The position numbers and the translations under genes were made by a program. From Octopus bimaculoides (lineage: Eukaryota), in contig NC_068993.1 in assembly GCF_001194135.2 (NCBI RefSeq), positions 43,602,954-43,666,953 of the forward strand: a stretch of DNA of 64,000 bases. The letters run 5' to 3'. Numbering within the stretch: the stretch's first letter is position 1; every line of letters begins with the position of its first letter. Positions 35,401 through 48,197 of this stretch are shown here, in pieces. A model generated the notes under the pieces. That model did not search any database and had not been told where the DNA came from. It worked only from the letters and a program-made list of their open reading frames with translations.

Positions 35401-38400
35401 TTTTTGAGAAACAAATTCCAGAGAACTTTACAGTAAACGGCATTTTTGATACAGTTCAAGCTATAGATCATGATCACGGACCAAACCAAGAAGTCAGTTA
35501 TTATATAACCGGTGGTGACCCTCAGAATTTGTTTGCAATTAATGAAAAATATGGAAATCTCTCGGTGAATAAACCTCTCGATTATGATACAACAACTGTG
35601 CATCGACTGAATATTACTGCAAGAGACCACGGCTTATATTACAAAGAAACTTCCATCATATTTACCATCTTTGTCACTGATGTTAATGATAACCCTCCAC
35701 TCTTTGATCAAGATGTTTATGATGTTTATATCCGGGAAAATTCTCCCATTGGTGCATCAGTCTTCAAACTATCAGCCACTGATGCAGATTCTGGTAGCTA
35801 TGCCATCATTGAATATCAAATTGTTGGAGATAACCTAGCCCAATCTAAGTTCATGATTGACCATAAAGCTAAAACTATAAACTCAACTTCGTCCCTTGAC
35901 TATGAATCTAAAGAAAACTATTCACTTCATATTCTTGCTAAGAACCCTGGAACCAATTTGCAAAGTGTTGCTGTTGTTAATGTCCATCTCGTTAGTGTCA
36001 ACGAATACAACCCAATATTCATACAAAATGAATATAATTTCAGTATCAGTGAGTCAGTTCAAAAGGGGACATCTGTTGGTGCTGTCCTTGCTACGGATAG
36101 AGATGCAGGACCAGATGGAATAGTCTATTACTTTTTGATGGATTCGAGTAATTTAAAAGGCTTCAAAATAAACCCTCTCTCCGGGGTTATCACAGTGTCT
36201 GGGAAACCTGACTATGAGTCCCAATCTCATATTACTTTGGATGTTATGGCTAAAAACTGGGGAAGTGTAAAAGGTAACGATACTGTTCAGTGCAAAGTAC
36301 ATATTACTATAACTGATGCTAATGATGCACCTGTATTTCTTTATCCACTTTATACTAAAGACCTTAGGGAGGACATTCAGCCTGGCACACTTGTAATTAA
36401 GGTAAAAGCTTTTGACAATGATCTACATCGCAAAGATCACCAATTCAATTACACAATTCTATCAGGAAATCTCCATAATGCCTTCCATATTAATTCAACA
36501 TCAGGCCAAATCTCCGTTTCATCCAAACTTGATCGTGAATCAGTGGCTTTGTACCAGCTAAAAGTAGGTGCCATTGATAAAGGGATACCACCTCAGACAG
36601 GTAACTACTTTTCAAATTTATTTTCTATTTAAATCTTGTAGTTTGTTATATGTATACCATCTTTTGAAATATTTTATATCAATGAAGAGAATAGTAGTTT
36701 TAAAATTTTGTACTAAAATTTCGAATTCTTTTTATCAGTTTATTTACATTGATAATTTTATTTCTCTTGTAGGAACAACAACTATAAAGATTCACATTCT
36801 TGATGTGAATGACTGCTCCCCAACTTTCTCTAACGGTTCATTGGCAGCTTTTGTCAAAGAGAATGCAGCCATTGGAACTAGTGTGATATCATTAGCAGAT
36901 TTCACTGAAGATTGTGACCTCCCGCCAAACACTAACCCTTACTACTTCTTTCAAGATAATAAAAATTCTAACTCATATGTTAAAATATCCAAAGCAGGTT
37001 TGGTTACAACAAACACAGCTTTAGATCGTGAAAAAATTTCCAGATTCTCTGTGAGTGTCACTGTGACAGATAGTGGTAAACCAACAATGACGTCAAGTTT
37101 GTCTTTTACTGTTCTAGTACAAGATGTCAATGACAGTCCTTCGAGGCAAAGGAAACTCAATATTCAGTTAAGTTTATTCCAAAAACAGTCACCAACTCAA
37201 TTTGTTGGGGATGTGAAGCCTTTAGACAATGATATAACTGGAGATTATTCGTGTCGTATTCTTCAAATGAGTGCCGAGATCTTCAAAATTACTGAACACT
37301 GTTACTTAGAAGTTCTCCAAGAACCTGTATCTAGTGACCATTGGCTTACTATCAGTGGGCATGATGGTATTCACTCAGAAGTTGTCTACAATATTACAGT
37401 TAATTTTGCTTTTCTCACTAATGAAACATTAAAGGATTCTTTGACTGTGAAGTTAGTAAACGTGACTGAAAAAAGGTTTCTTACAAAACTCTATTCCAAG
37501 TTTTTGAAGAATTTAAATAATAATCTGGAATCTGATTGGGAGAGTAAAATCTTTAGTATTAAGCAAACTGGTAACGATCTTGATGTTTTTATAATGACTT
37601 TAGACAGAAATGGAAAACCCATCTCAAAACAGTTGCTGCAAGAAATGATTGCAGCAAACAAAAATGAATTACAGCAGGGTTTAGCAACCAATATAATTTT
37701 GGGTCATTCGCTGTGTGCAGTTAACCCTTGCTACAATGGTGGTTCGTGTATTGATCAATTAGTCGTCAGTAGTAACTGGAATATTATAGCTACCAACAGA
37801 CAAATTATGAGTGGACCAAATATAACTGACTTTATCTGCAAATGTTCTGTGGGTTATACAGGAACACTTTGTCAGATCCAAGAAACCCAATGTGGAGATG
37901 TTTATTGTCACAATGGTGGAGCATGTGTTATCTCATCCTATAGTAAATCTTACTGCCAGTGTTTGTCCGGCTGGACTGGTCTAACTTGTACTAAAGATAT
38001 CAATGAATGCAAACAAAATCCTTGCCAACATGGTACTTGTGAAAATACAGATGGTTCTTTCAAGTGTGTCTGCCAGAAAGGATTCTTAGGAATATATTGT
38101 GAGACAGGAATTAATTACTGTCAACCTAACCCATGTCAGAATGAAGGTGTCTGTAAAAATAACCGTGACGGATTTATCTGCCAATGTCCTTACAATAAAT
38201 GGGGTCAATCTTGTTCAAAGTCATCTTACAGGTTTGAAGAATTATCGTTTCTGGAATTTCCAACTATCGCCGAGAATTACAACAATATTACCGTACACCT
38301 TGCTACAAAAATGTCTAATGCGCTACTACTTTACAATCCAGTCAATCCCTCCCTCAGTCAAACAGTAGAGAGTTTCATAGCTTTGGAAATTATCAATGGA

Positions 38401-41104
38401 CAGGTTCGACTGTCTATCTCTACTGGAAGTGCGTCTGTTCTCAATCTCTATATTCCATATACAATTAACGATGGCAATTGGTATAAAGTAGAAGTGTTGA
38501 GAATTCGCAGAGTAAGTTATTTTCATTTTATTCCATTTATCTCTCTGTTACAATATTTTAATTAAAATGTCTTTAATCATTTTATCACCATTATTTCAAT
38601 ATCCACTTTACATATTTGCATGGAGTAGACAGAGTTTATTGAAATAGATTTTCTACATCCAGATACCCTCTTTGTCATCAGCTCTTACCTACATGTTCCA
38701 AGTTCGGTAATATTTTCACATGGCCAAACATGTTGTTGCAGAATATTGGAAATGAATGATGCTGCTTGTATGACAGTGACTCTCACTTACAGCTAGCATG
38801 TAATGACAAGACAAGCACATACACTTCTCTTTTTATGCCACATCACACATGAACATCGACTCCAACTCGAGACCACAGTGTGTCTTTCATCCAAGTTTCC
38901 ATGGTCGTGATCTGGGACCATCTGCACAGTTCGCCAGCCCATGTACAGGATGCTTTTACAAGACACCATTCATGTGTATATATTTCTATAATCAATTTAA
39001 AAAGAAAACTAAATATGAATATGATGTAAATGTTGTTAAATTCTAATTCTTTTGCTTCACAACCACATAGTTTTGGGTTCAATCACAATGTATAGCATCT
39101 TGGGCAAGTGGAATTTGTTGGGCCACTGCATTGTGAACACTTTGCAGGATGAATAAGGCCTGTCAAAGGACAGATGAGCTCATCCACATGAATGGTGTCT
39201 TGTAAAAGGATCTATTTTTTAGCCTTTTCTTTTTGGTTTCGGCTGTAACCATGTCTTTGTGTGTATAGGTCAACAAGACATATCTAGTCTCCCATGCTCT
39301 CTATGAGACTATTCACTTTCTGAATCATGCACATTATCACCATCATCATACATTTTGACAATTCTATTTTATTGATGAACTGAGATTCCTTAGCAAGCAT
39401 CATTGCAAAACAGCTTGGGTAGCTGAAATCCAAAACAGCTACTCTTTTATTCTTTTACTTGTTTCAGTCATTTGACTGTGGCCATGCTGGAGCACCGCCT
39501 TTAGTCGAGCAAATCGACACCAGGACTTATTCTTTTGTAAGCCTAGTACTTATTCTATCGGTCTCTTTGCCGAACCGCTAAGTTACGGGGACGTAAACAC
39601 ACCAGCATCAGTTGTCAAGCGATATTGGGCGGGACAAACACAGACACACAAACATATACACACACATATATATATATATACGACGGGCTTCTTTCAGTTT
39701 CCGTCTACCAAATCCACTCACAAGGCTTCGGTCAGCCCGAGGCTATAGTAGAAGACACTTGCCCAAAGTGCCACGCAGTGGGACTGAACCGGGAACCATG
39801 TGGTTGGTAAGCAAGCTACTTACCACACAGCCACTCCTACGCTTTAGTATCTAAAATACAAAACTGCTAAGATTGATAAGATTCAAAACAGTGAGGGTAG
39901 CTAAAATACAAAACAACTATAAGGAAGTTTAAAGTACCAGTACATTTATGATTTGTTGAGAATATTCATAGAATTTAGTATTATAGGAATGAAAATGATT
40001 ATTCCTAATATATTAAAACACACAATTCATTTCATGTTTACATTTTAATATCATTTGTTTTAAATATAAAGGAAGATTTTATTATTTTTATCATTAACTT
40101 CTTTTTGCTCAGACTGCTATGATTGTTATTTCTATAATCTATAAGACTAAGTACAATGTCTTATCTATCCAAGCAGACATGGCTAACTGAGGTCAGTATG
40201 TGGGCATGAGCTAAATTAACCATTACTTTGAAAATTTGTAAAAATTGTTATATTTCCAATGTTCTAAAGCTCCTATATCTTCCATATGAGACTAATCCAA
40301 GTATCAATTAAGTCATTGAAGTTTAGAAAATAATATTTCACGGAATTCTGATTTACAAGGTTGAACGGGATGTTACTTGACTAGTTTCTTTGGTATATGC
40401 CTGTTGATGAAAATACTTTTGCAATTTGTTGTAAAACATACATTTTGTGTGTGTGTGTTTTAAAACCTTCCCAATGGGACAGCTCTTATGTAACTTCTAT
40501 ATATTGTGATTATAATAGCAATTGCTTGTTATCAAAAATTGTCATATAACTATTATTGATAATTATGTTGTATAACTTACTGTAGTTTTTTTAATAGTTG
40601 TATATATAGTTCTGGTTGTTATTGAAACAGCTGTAGAAATTTTAAAAGATGGTTCAAAATATCAATCATATTGTTTATTTTTCTATTTCTTCTGCCATAT
40701 AATAAATAGTTAAATAGATATAGTAGTAAACTATTATATTTTGTTTTGGTTTCCATTGTAGAATGTCCATATATCAGTTCATAAATGTTCTTCAAATAAC
40801 CAATGCAGTGGTTGTGATGAAAGCAAAACATGTTCAAACCAAGGAGAACTGAAATATGAGTAAGCCATACACTTCCTCTTCTTGTTATATTTTGTTAAAT
40901 TTATTCTAGTCTATCTGATATCTCAGTTACAAAATCATGACATCATGACAATTGATATAAGTTCCCCATTTTTCCTCCTATTTCTAATGCAGTCTGGATC
41001 AATATAATTAAGACTGTTGTTTATTTATTCTAGGAAATTTTGTTTTTATCAATACAATATTTCAGTCTTAACACATTTTACATTCAATTAAGATTTGCTG
41101 TGTA

Positions 41105-41139
<35 letters not shown>

Positions 41140-41149
41140 NNNNNNNNNN

Positions 41150-41185
<36 letters not shown>

Positions 41186-43243
41186 TGATAATTTGTGGTT
41201 CTTAGTCAAAGCAAAGAGCAATCAACTCTATGAATATAGTGAGGTATATAATATAGTTTAGTGTCAGTTGTACAAACAAACTGTGGCCAAAATTTCTTGT
41301 GATGATGATTGCTCTACACTCATCAGATGGGCATATTATGGATCTAAATTTAGTTCCATACTGTGCTTATCTGATGAATGTAGGTTATCAAATTTACATG
41401 AAACTCAGTCATGGCCATCATTTGTTAGTATAGTTATTATTAAACTATGTTATTTACACACACATTATTGAAATATATTTCATACGTCTACCATTACAGG
41501 AATTTACAACTTCATGGTGGTAATCTATACATTGGTGGAATTCCTGCACAATATGTAATTCGAAGCAATCAAGTTCAATCACATGATTTTATTGGATGTA
41601 TGCGCAGTTTTATTGTGAATGGGGTGGATATGATTCAGCTTGAACCACGAAGATCTACTGGAATAAAGAAGGAATGTCTACGAGAAAATATTGCTGGACC
41701 TTGTAAAAGTAACCCCTGTAAAAATGGTGGGATTTGTCTTGATAAATGGACTACATTTAAGTGCCAATGTTCTCCAGAATACATGGGCAAAATGTGTGAA
41801 GAGAGTAAGTTTTTTTTCACATTTTCATTATTTTCAGATATATATATGTATGTATGACAAGTTTCTACCAAATCCACTCGCAAGGGATTGATCTTTTTAA
41901 ATCTTGTAGTTATTTTGTTGGTCTCATTTGCCAAACCACCGCTGTTGGTTTGTTTACTTCAACGTCACATAGTTGTTGAGCAGCAGGAGACAAATATAAA
42001 TACACAAACATACACACACAATATATATATTGCTGGACCGTTGAAATCTATAAGTTTTTTTTTTCATTCTCTCTCTCTGTTTATTTTCTCTTATTCCTTT
42101 CTATCAAAGAGCCTAGGCTCAAAACATAAAAGACTTCTTCGTTTTCTCAAGCATCAAACTAATACACTTGCTTGTTGTTCATACACCTGTCTTCATCTTT
42201 TGTTTTTCCGTCAATTTCAACTATATATATGACTGGCCTCCATACAGTTTCCACCTATCAAATTCACTCATAATGCATTGGTCAGCCCAGAGCTATAGCA
42301 GAAGATACTTGCCCAAGATGCCACACAATTGAGACTGCACACAGAACCATGTGGTTGGAAAACAAACTTCTTAACCACACACCCATGCTAGTGCCTAGAT
42401 ATTACTGTCTTAGAGATTATTGTAAAAGGCATAAGACACCGCCTATCCAATACAGTCTTACAGACGTAATACAGGAATGACTCATTTCAATCAATAGTTA
42501 TACAAGCAACTAAGACAAACTGCCTTCAGAGGTATTTAAAATCGAGGGGGGGGGGGGGGGGGTCAAGGGAGATAACCCCATAAAACTCTGATAGTTGAAA
42601 TAAGATACCACTGAACCTATTTCTTAAAAATTATTAACCATTGATCCTATTTCAAATAGGTTGTTCTGCCATCTTCCTTGCTTCAGTCATTGGATTGCAG
42701 CCCCTTGAATGGTTTTAGTTGAACAAATCAGTGATGCTAGTTTAAAAATTATTCTTAAGCCTGGTACTTAGTTGCTTTTGCTGAACCACTAAGTTACGGG
42801 GACATAGACAACCCACCACTAGTTGTCAAGGGGACAGACAAACACTTAAGTTTTCATTTATCAAATCCTTTCGAAAGGCTCTGGTTGACCCAGGGCTATA
42901 GTAGAAGATATTTGCCCTAAGTGTTGCATAGTGGGACTGAACCCAAGACCATGTGGTTGAAAAGCAAATTTCTTGCCATACAACCATGTCTACCCCTAAA
43001 AAAAAATCATTATTTTTTCCATTACTTCAAGCAGCTCTTAAACTGACTTAGAACATGGCAGTTGTTGATTAAATTCTTGAAACCACAGTCTTAGATTCAG
43101 AACATGGTAACTGGAGATGTTTGCCAGTCTCAACAATGAGGATTCAGGTATTTGAACTGCCTGCTCAGTGAATTACTTATATATGGCTGAGTGTTCCACA
43201 AACGCATGTGCTCTTATCAGAATCAGCATGACACAGTGTATGC

Positions 43244-43274
<31 letters not shown>

Positions 43275-44101
43275 TGAGATGGCTTGGCTTTTGAATTATA
43301 GGTGCAATCCTTCCTCAGAGCTTCCACACAATTCCCATCAACCCAATTTCACTCATAGGATTTGGGGATATCCAAGGCTATAGGAAACTACATTTGACCA
43401 AGATGTCATGCTGTAGGATCAGCCCTAAAACCTCATGGACTGCAAAGCAAACTTCTTAACTCTTCCTCTGTAAAGGAAACTCATTAAAAACTTGAAAATG
43501 GGAGCAAGTCCAGAATATTGGATATGAGTCATATCTTACTTGGAGCCATATTGCTCCAGTTAAGACAGAACTCTATCACATAGTTTTTACTTATAACTGG
43601 ACAGAGCTGATTTTCAACTGTCATATTGCTTTCTTTTCTTTTCTTTCTTTTTTTTATACTTGTTTCAATCATTGGACTGTGGCCAAGCTGATGGTACCAC
43701 CCTGAAAGGCTTAGTCAAACAAATCAACCCCAGTACTCTTTCTTAAGTCTGGTACTGCTAAGTTAAGGGGATGTAAACAAACCAAATAGTTATCAAGCAG
43801 TATGAAGGTTGCACACATCCACAAAGAAACACACATATCTATATTTGTGTGTGTGTATGTGTGTATATATATTTATTTTATTTCCTTGCTTCAATCATTT
43901 GACTGTGGCCATGCTAGAGCACCACCTTGAAGGGTTTTAGTTGAACAAATCAACCCCAAGACTTTTTTTAAGCCTAGTACTTATTCTATTGGTCTCTTTT
44001 GCCAAACCATGAAGATACGGGGATGTAAACACACCAACATCAGTTGTCAAGTGATGATGGAGGGACAAACAGACTCACACACACACACATGTATATGTAT
44101 T

Positions 44102-44140
<39 letters not shown>

Positions 44141-45323
44141 CAGTCTTTTTTCAGTTTCCATCCCCCAAATCCACTCACAAGGCTTGGTTGGTCTGAGGCT
44201 GTAGTAGAAGACACTTGTCCAAAGTCCCATACAGTAGGACTGAACCCAGAACTATGTGGTTGGGAAGCAAGCTTCTTACCACACAGTCTGGTTTCTTTCA
44301 GTTCCCGTCTACCAAATCCACAGATGTTCATGTATAAAGTTTTAGGTGGGGATGCATCGAGTTTTCATATCCACTAACAAAAACATTATAGAAGTTTGTG
44401 AAATCATCTGTGCACAGATAACTCAAATTACTGTTGAGCAATTTATTCAAAGGCAGGAATACAACATCAGAATTAGAAAACACTGAACTGGGTCAGATGA
44501 GCTAAAAGTAAATATTGCAAAGATTATTAATGAAACTTTTAATAAGTTAATAAGCTTCGCAAAAGGCAACCAAACCCAGTATAATGTCAACTATCCAAGA
44601 GGCTGGCCATGAATTGACATTTTAAGTGTAGTGTTTTTAAAGGTTCTGATTTGTTGTAAATTTTTTTTAGAATTAGTATAGTTTTGTTTCTTTGGTGTGA
44701 GTTGGAACATTGGAGCAGTGTGTCTTAAACATTATGTGATTGAATATTTTGTTAAATAACTACAGTTGTTCACTCTTCCTACATAATGTAGGTCATATAC
44801 AAAGAAATAAGATACTATATAGGATTTGTTATCAGCCATTGGTGTAAATGTGGATTTAGGAGAAGGGGTCTGTATATTTGTATATTAGGGTTGTTAACAG
44901 GAGATGTGGTATAGAAATGTAATTAGAATGTTGCTTACATGTTGTTGGTGAAAAGTTTTATAATCAGGTCGTAGCTGGTAGTTTAATACAGTTGGGGAAA
45001 ACGTAAAGATGAAAGATTAAGGTTCATGAATGGAATGGTAACAGAATAACAACTCTGTAGATAGATAGTTTAATAGTTTAGTCAAATACCAATATAAAGG
45101 GGTAGTACACTCCATAGAATATTAAATGCATAGTAGGATTTCATATATTTATATATATATATATATCTATATATATATATATATATAAATATGTATGTAT
45201 ATATAATATATATACATATACACACACATATTTATGTATGTATACATATATATATATACACACACACATATATACATATATGTATGTATATATAATATGT
45301 ATGTATATACACACATATTTATG

Positions 45324-45368
<45 letters not shown>

Positions 45369-48161
45369 GTGGTCTGATCAATAAGTATCTGAACTGTTGC
45401 TATGGTAAAGAAGCTAAAGCATGCAAAGTGAAGCTGCTTGGCACAGATTGACCTTGAACTCTGCTGTGCATGTACACTAAGTTCTAACATTCTAGCTCAC
45501 ATCTGCTGTTTACAGCAGTGCTTGGAAGGAAGGTGTGTAGCGTGTGATCATCGCATTGACCACAACAGAGAAAGTTGTTGTGTCGATACCTGCTCAGAGG
45601 CTTACGCAAAGTTGCAGAAAGTGTATGGAGAGGAGTGTATGAACTGCAAACAAGTGTACGAGTGGTTCAGACGTTTCCAAGATGACTGAAAAAATGTCAA
45701 TATTGGGCGAATGTTCTGGGAGACCTGCAATCAGCAGAACTGAGAAAAACATCATCGATGTGCATGCAGCTGTGAGGAGAAATCGTCGAATCACCATCTG
45801 TGAGTTATAAGAGGACGTGCAGATTAGTTATGGTTCAGTTCAGTCCATTATCACTGAAGATTTGGGTATGAGACGTGTGTCTGCTCAGCTTGTGCCCAAA
45901 CTGTTTTCAGCTGACCAAAAAGACACTCGGGTTTTCTTTTGCACAGAATCTCCTTGATTGTTTTGAGAACGATGAAAACTTTTTGAAAACTTTGCGTAGG
46001 CATCTGAGCGGGTATCGCGAAGTTTTTGGCAAAATTTGATGCAGATTCTCTGCTCAACTTTCTCTGTCATGTTCAATGTGATGCTCACACGCTACACACC
46101 TTCCTTCCACTTGGACACACACACACACACACATACATACATATGTCTGCTATACACCATTTTAAACTCATGATTACCTCTGTGTGTGTCATGTCTTATA
46201 ACTGTCTGTCTCTCTACTTTTGTAGGGTCTTCCCTGTTGCTGTCACATATTGAGATTTTAAAATTACATCAAAATTTCCAAATTTGGAAGAAATAATTTT
46301 CCACATTAAATCCAGTTTTGTTATTTATTTGTTCCAGAAAAATGTTACTGAAGTTTAAAGTTTAATCTATTTTACCTAATCAGAAAACAGGATTTGGAAT
46401 CTGGCATTTTCTACATGATAGCTGTCTATCACAAAATGAAAGTAAAATCATTGGGAGGAGGAATTTTTATTAAACAAACCAGAGCAAAGCATTACGACAA
46501 CCAGAGTTGTAAGAACTTCTGAAGTTTTAATGAATAAAGTCATGTGAAATGATCGAACAGACATGTAAATAATTTAAGAAGGAAAAAGATCTTCAACGAA
46601 GTTTTTTGGCAAAAAATTACACATATCTGTTCTAAATTAAGAAGCCGATCTGTCAGGGAAAGCATTCTCTGACATGGAATAAATAAAAATTTATACAAGA
46701 CATTCTATTATAAAAATTGCCTGGCAATGACAGGCTATTCAGCTAGTTTTAAATAAAAGCTGACCAAAATATTTTCTTCTTTTTTTCAGAATGGAAACCA
46801 TTTTCATTTGGACCTGGAGCACGTGTTGAATTTAGTAGACGAGAGACTTACTATCGCGACGAGTTTCTAAAATCAAATTCAAGATTCCGTCAAAAGCGTA
46901 GTGTTCTAAAGGCTAATACAATTACTATCAAATTCCGTATTTTAAAGAAATCTGGACTCTTATGGTATGCAGATAATAAGAAAAAGTTCATCCTTCTGAT
47001 GGTAAATATCTTTTACATTTTCTCCAAAGAATAATTAAATTTTGATACTCTAATGCACTGATTCTCAACCATTTTTTTTTTTTATCTATGAACCTCTTTG
47101 AGTACTACTTTATTCTGGTGGACCCCAAAAGCCATTCAATGTTTAAAACTCTAGTTTTATATATTCTGGTGGACCCCAAAAGCCATTCAATGTTTAAAAC
47201 TCTAGTTTTATAGATGCTTACTTGATAATTCCTATTTGTCTATCACACATTCATTTGTATAGATTAAACAATGTAAAACATCAGAGAAAGAAACCTAGCT
47301 GTATCTTGCAATAAATGCATCTAAAACAAAACTTTTCCATGGACCCATAAAATACTATTGTGAATCTGATTTACTATTTTGCTTGTGTGAACCCCACAAA
47401 ATTTTGTATGGACCCCAGTTGAAAACCACTGCTCTAATNNNNNNNNNNNNNNNNNNNNNNNNNNNNNNNNNNNNNNNNNNNNNNNNNNNNNNNNNNNNNN
47501 NNNNNNNNNNNNNNNNNNNNNNNNNNNNNNNNNNNNNNNNNNNNNNNNNNNNNNNNNNNNNNNNNNNNNNNNNNNNNNNNNNNNNNNNNNNNNNNNNNNN
47601 NNNNNNNNNNNNNNNNNNNNNNNNNNNNNNNNNNNNNNNNNNNNNNNNNNNNNNNNNNNNNNNNNNNNNNNNNNNNNNNNNNNNNNNNNNNNNNNNNNNN
47701 NNNNNNNNNNNNNNNNNNNNNNNNNNNNNNNNNNTATACCATCATTATTTAATGTCCACTTTTCCATGTCTTCGTGGGTCAGGCAGAATTTGTTGGGGTA
47801 GATTTTCTAGGGCCAAATGCTCTTCCGGTCACCAACCTTCATCTTTTTCCAAGTTGGGTACTATTTCCCCATGACCAGACATTGTGTTCATGGAAGATTG
47901 GAAAGGAAGGACACCACTTGCATGACAGTGGCATTCATTTAAAACTGTCACACAATGTCAAGAAAAGGAGACAGAAACACAACCACACACTTACACAATG
48001 GGCTTCTTTCAGTTCCATCTGCCAGATCCACGCATGAGGCTCTGGGCTATAAGACATTTGCCCAAGTGGGCTATAAGTAAAAGACATTTGTCCAAGTGTC
48101 ATGCTGTGAGACTAAACCTGAAGTCACAAGGTTGAGAAGCAAACTTCTTAACCACACAGCC

Positions 48162-48197
<36 letters not shown>

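Noticed and set aside
36568-36772. Open frame running through the 172-bp intron (ORF 36568-38565)
   Set aside because: It starts out of frame in the upstream exon. Intron retention in the true frame stops at 36630-36632, and canonical splice sites explain the region.
41268-41471. Cys-containing ORF as the missing LamG1 exon
   Set aside because: No suitable splice sites or phase. Exon 40762-40859 fits exactly.
44700-45060. Possible Penelope-like or other LINE remnant
   Set aside because: No diagnostic motif could be read with confidence.
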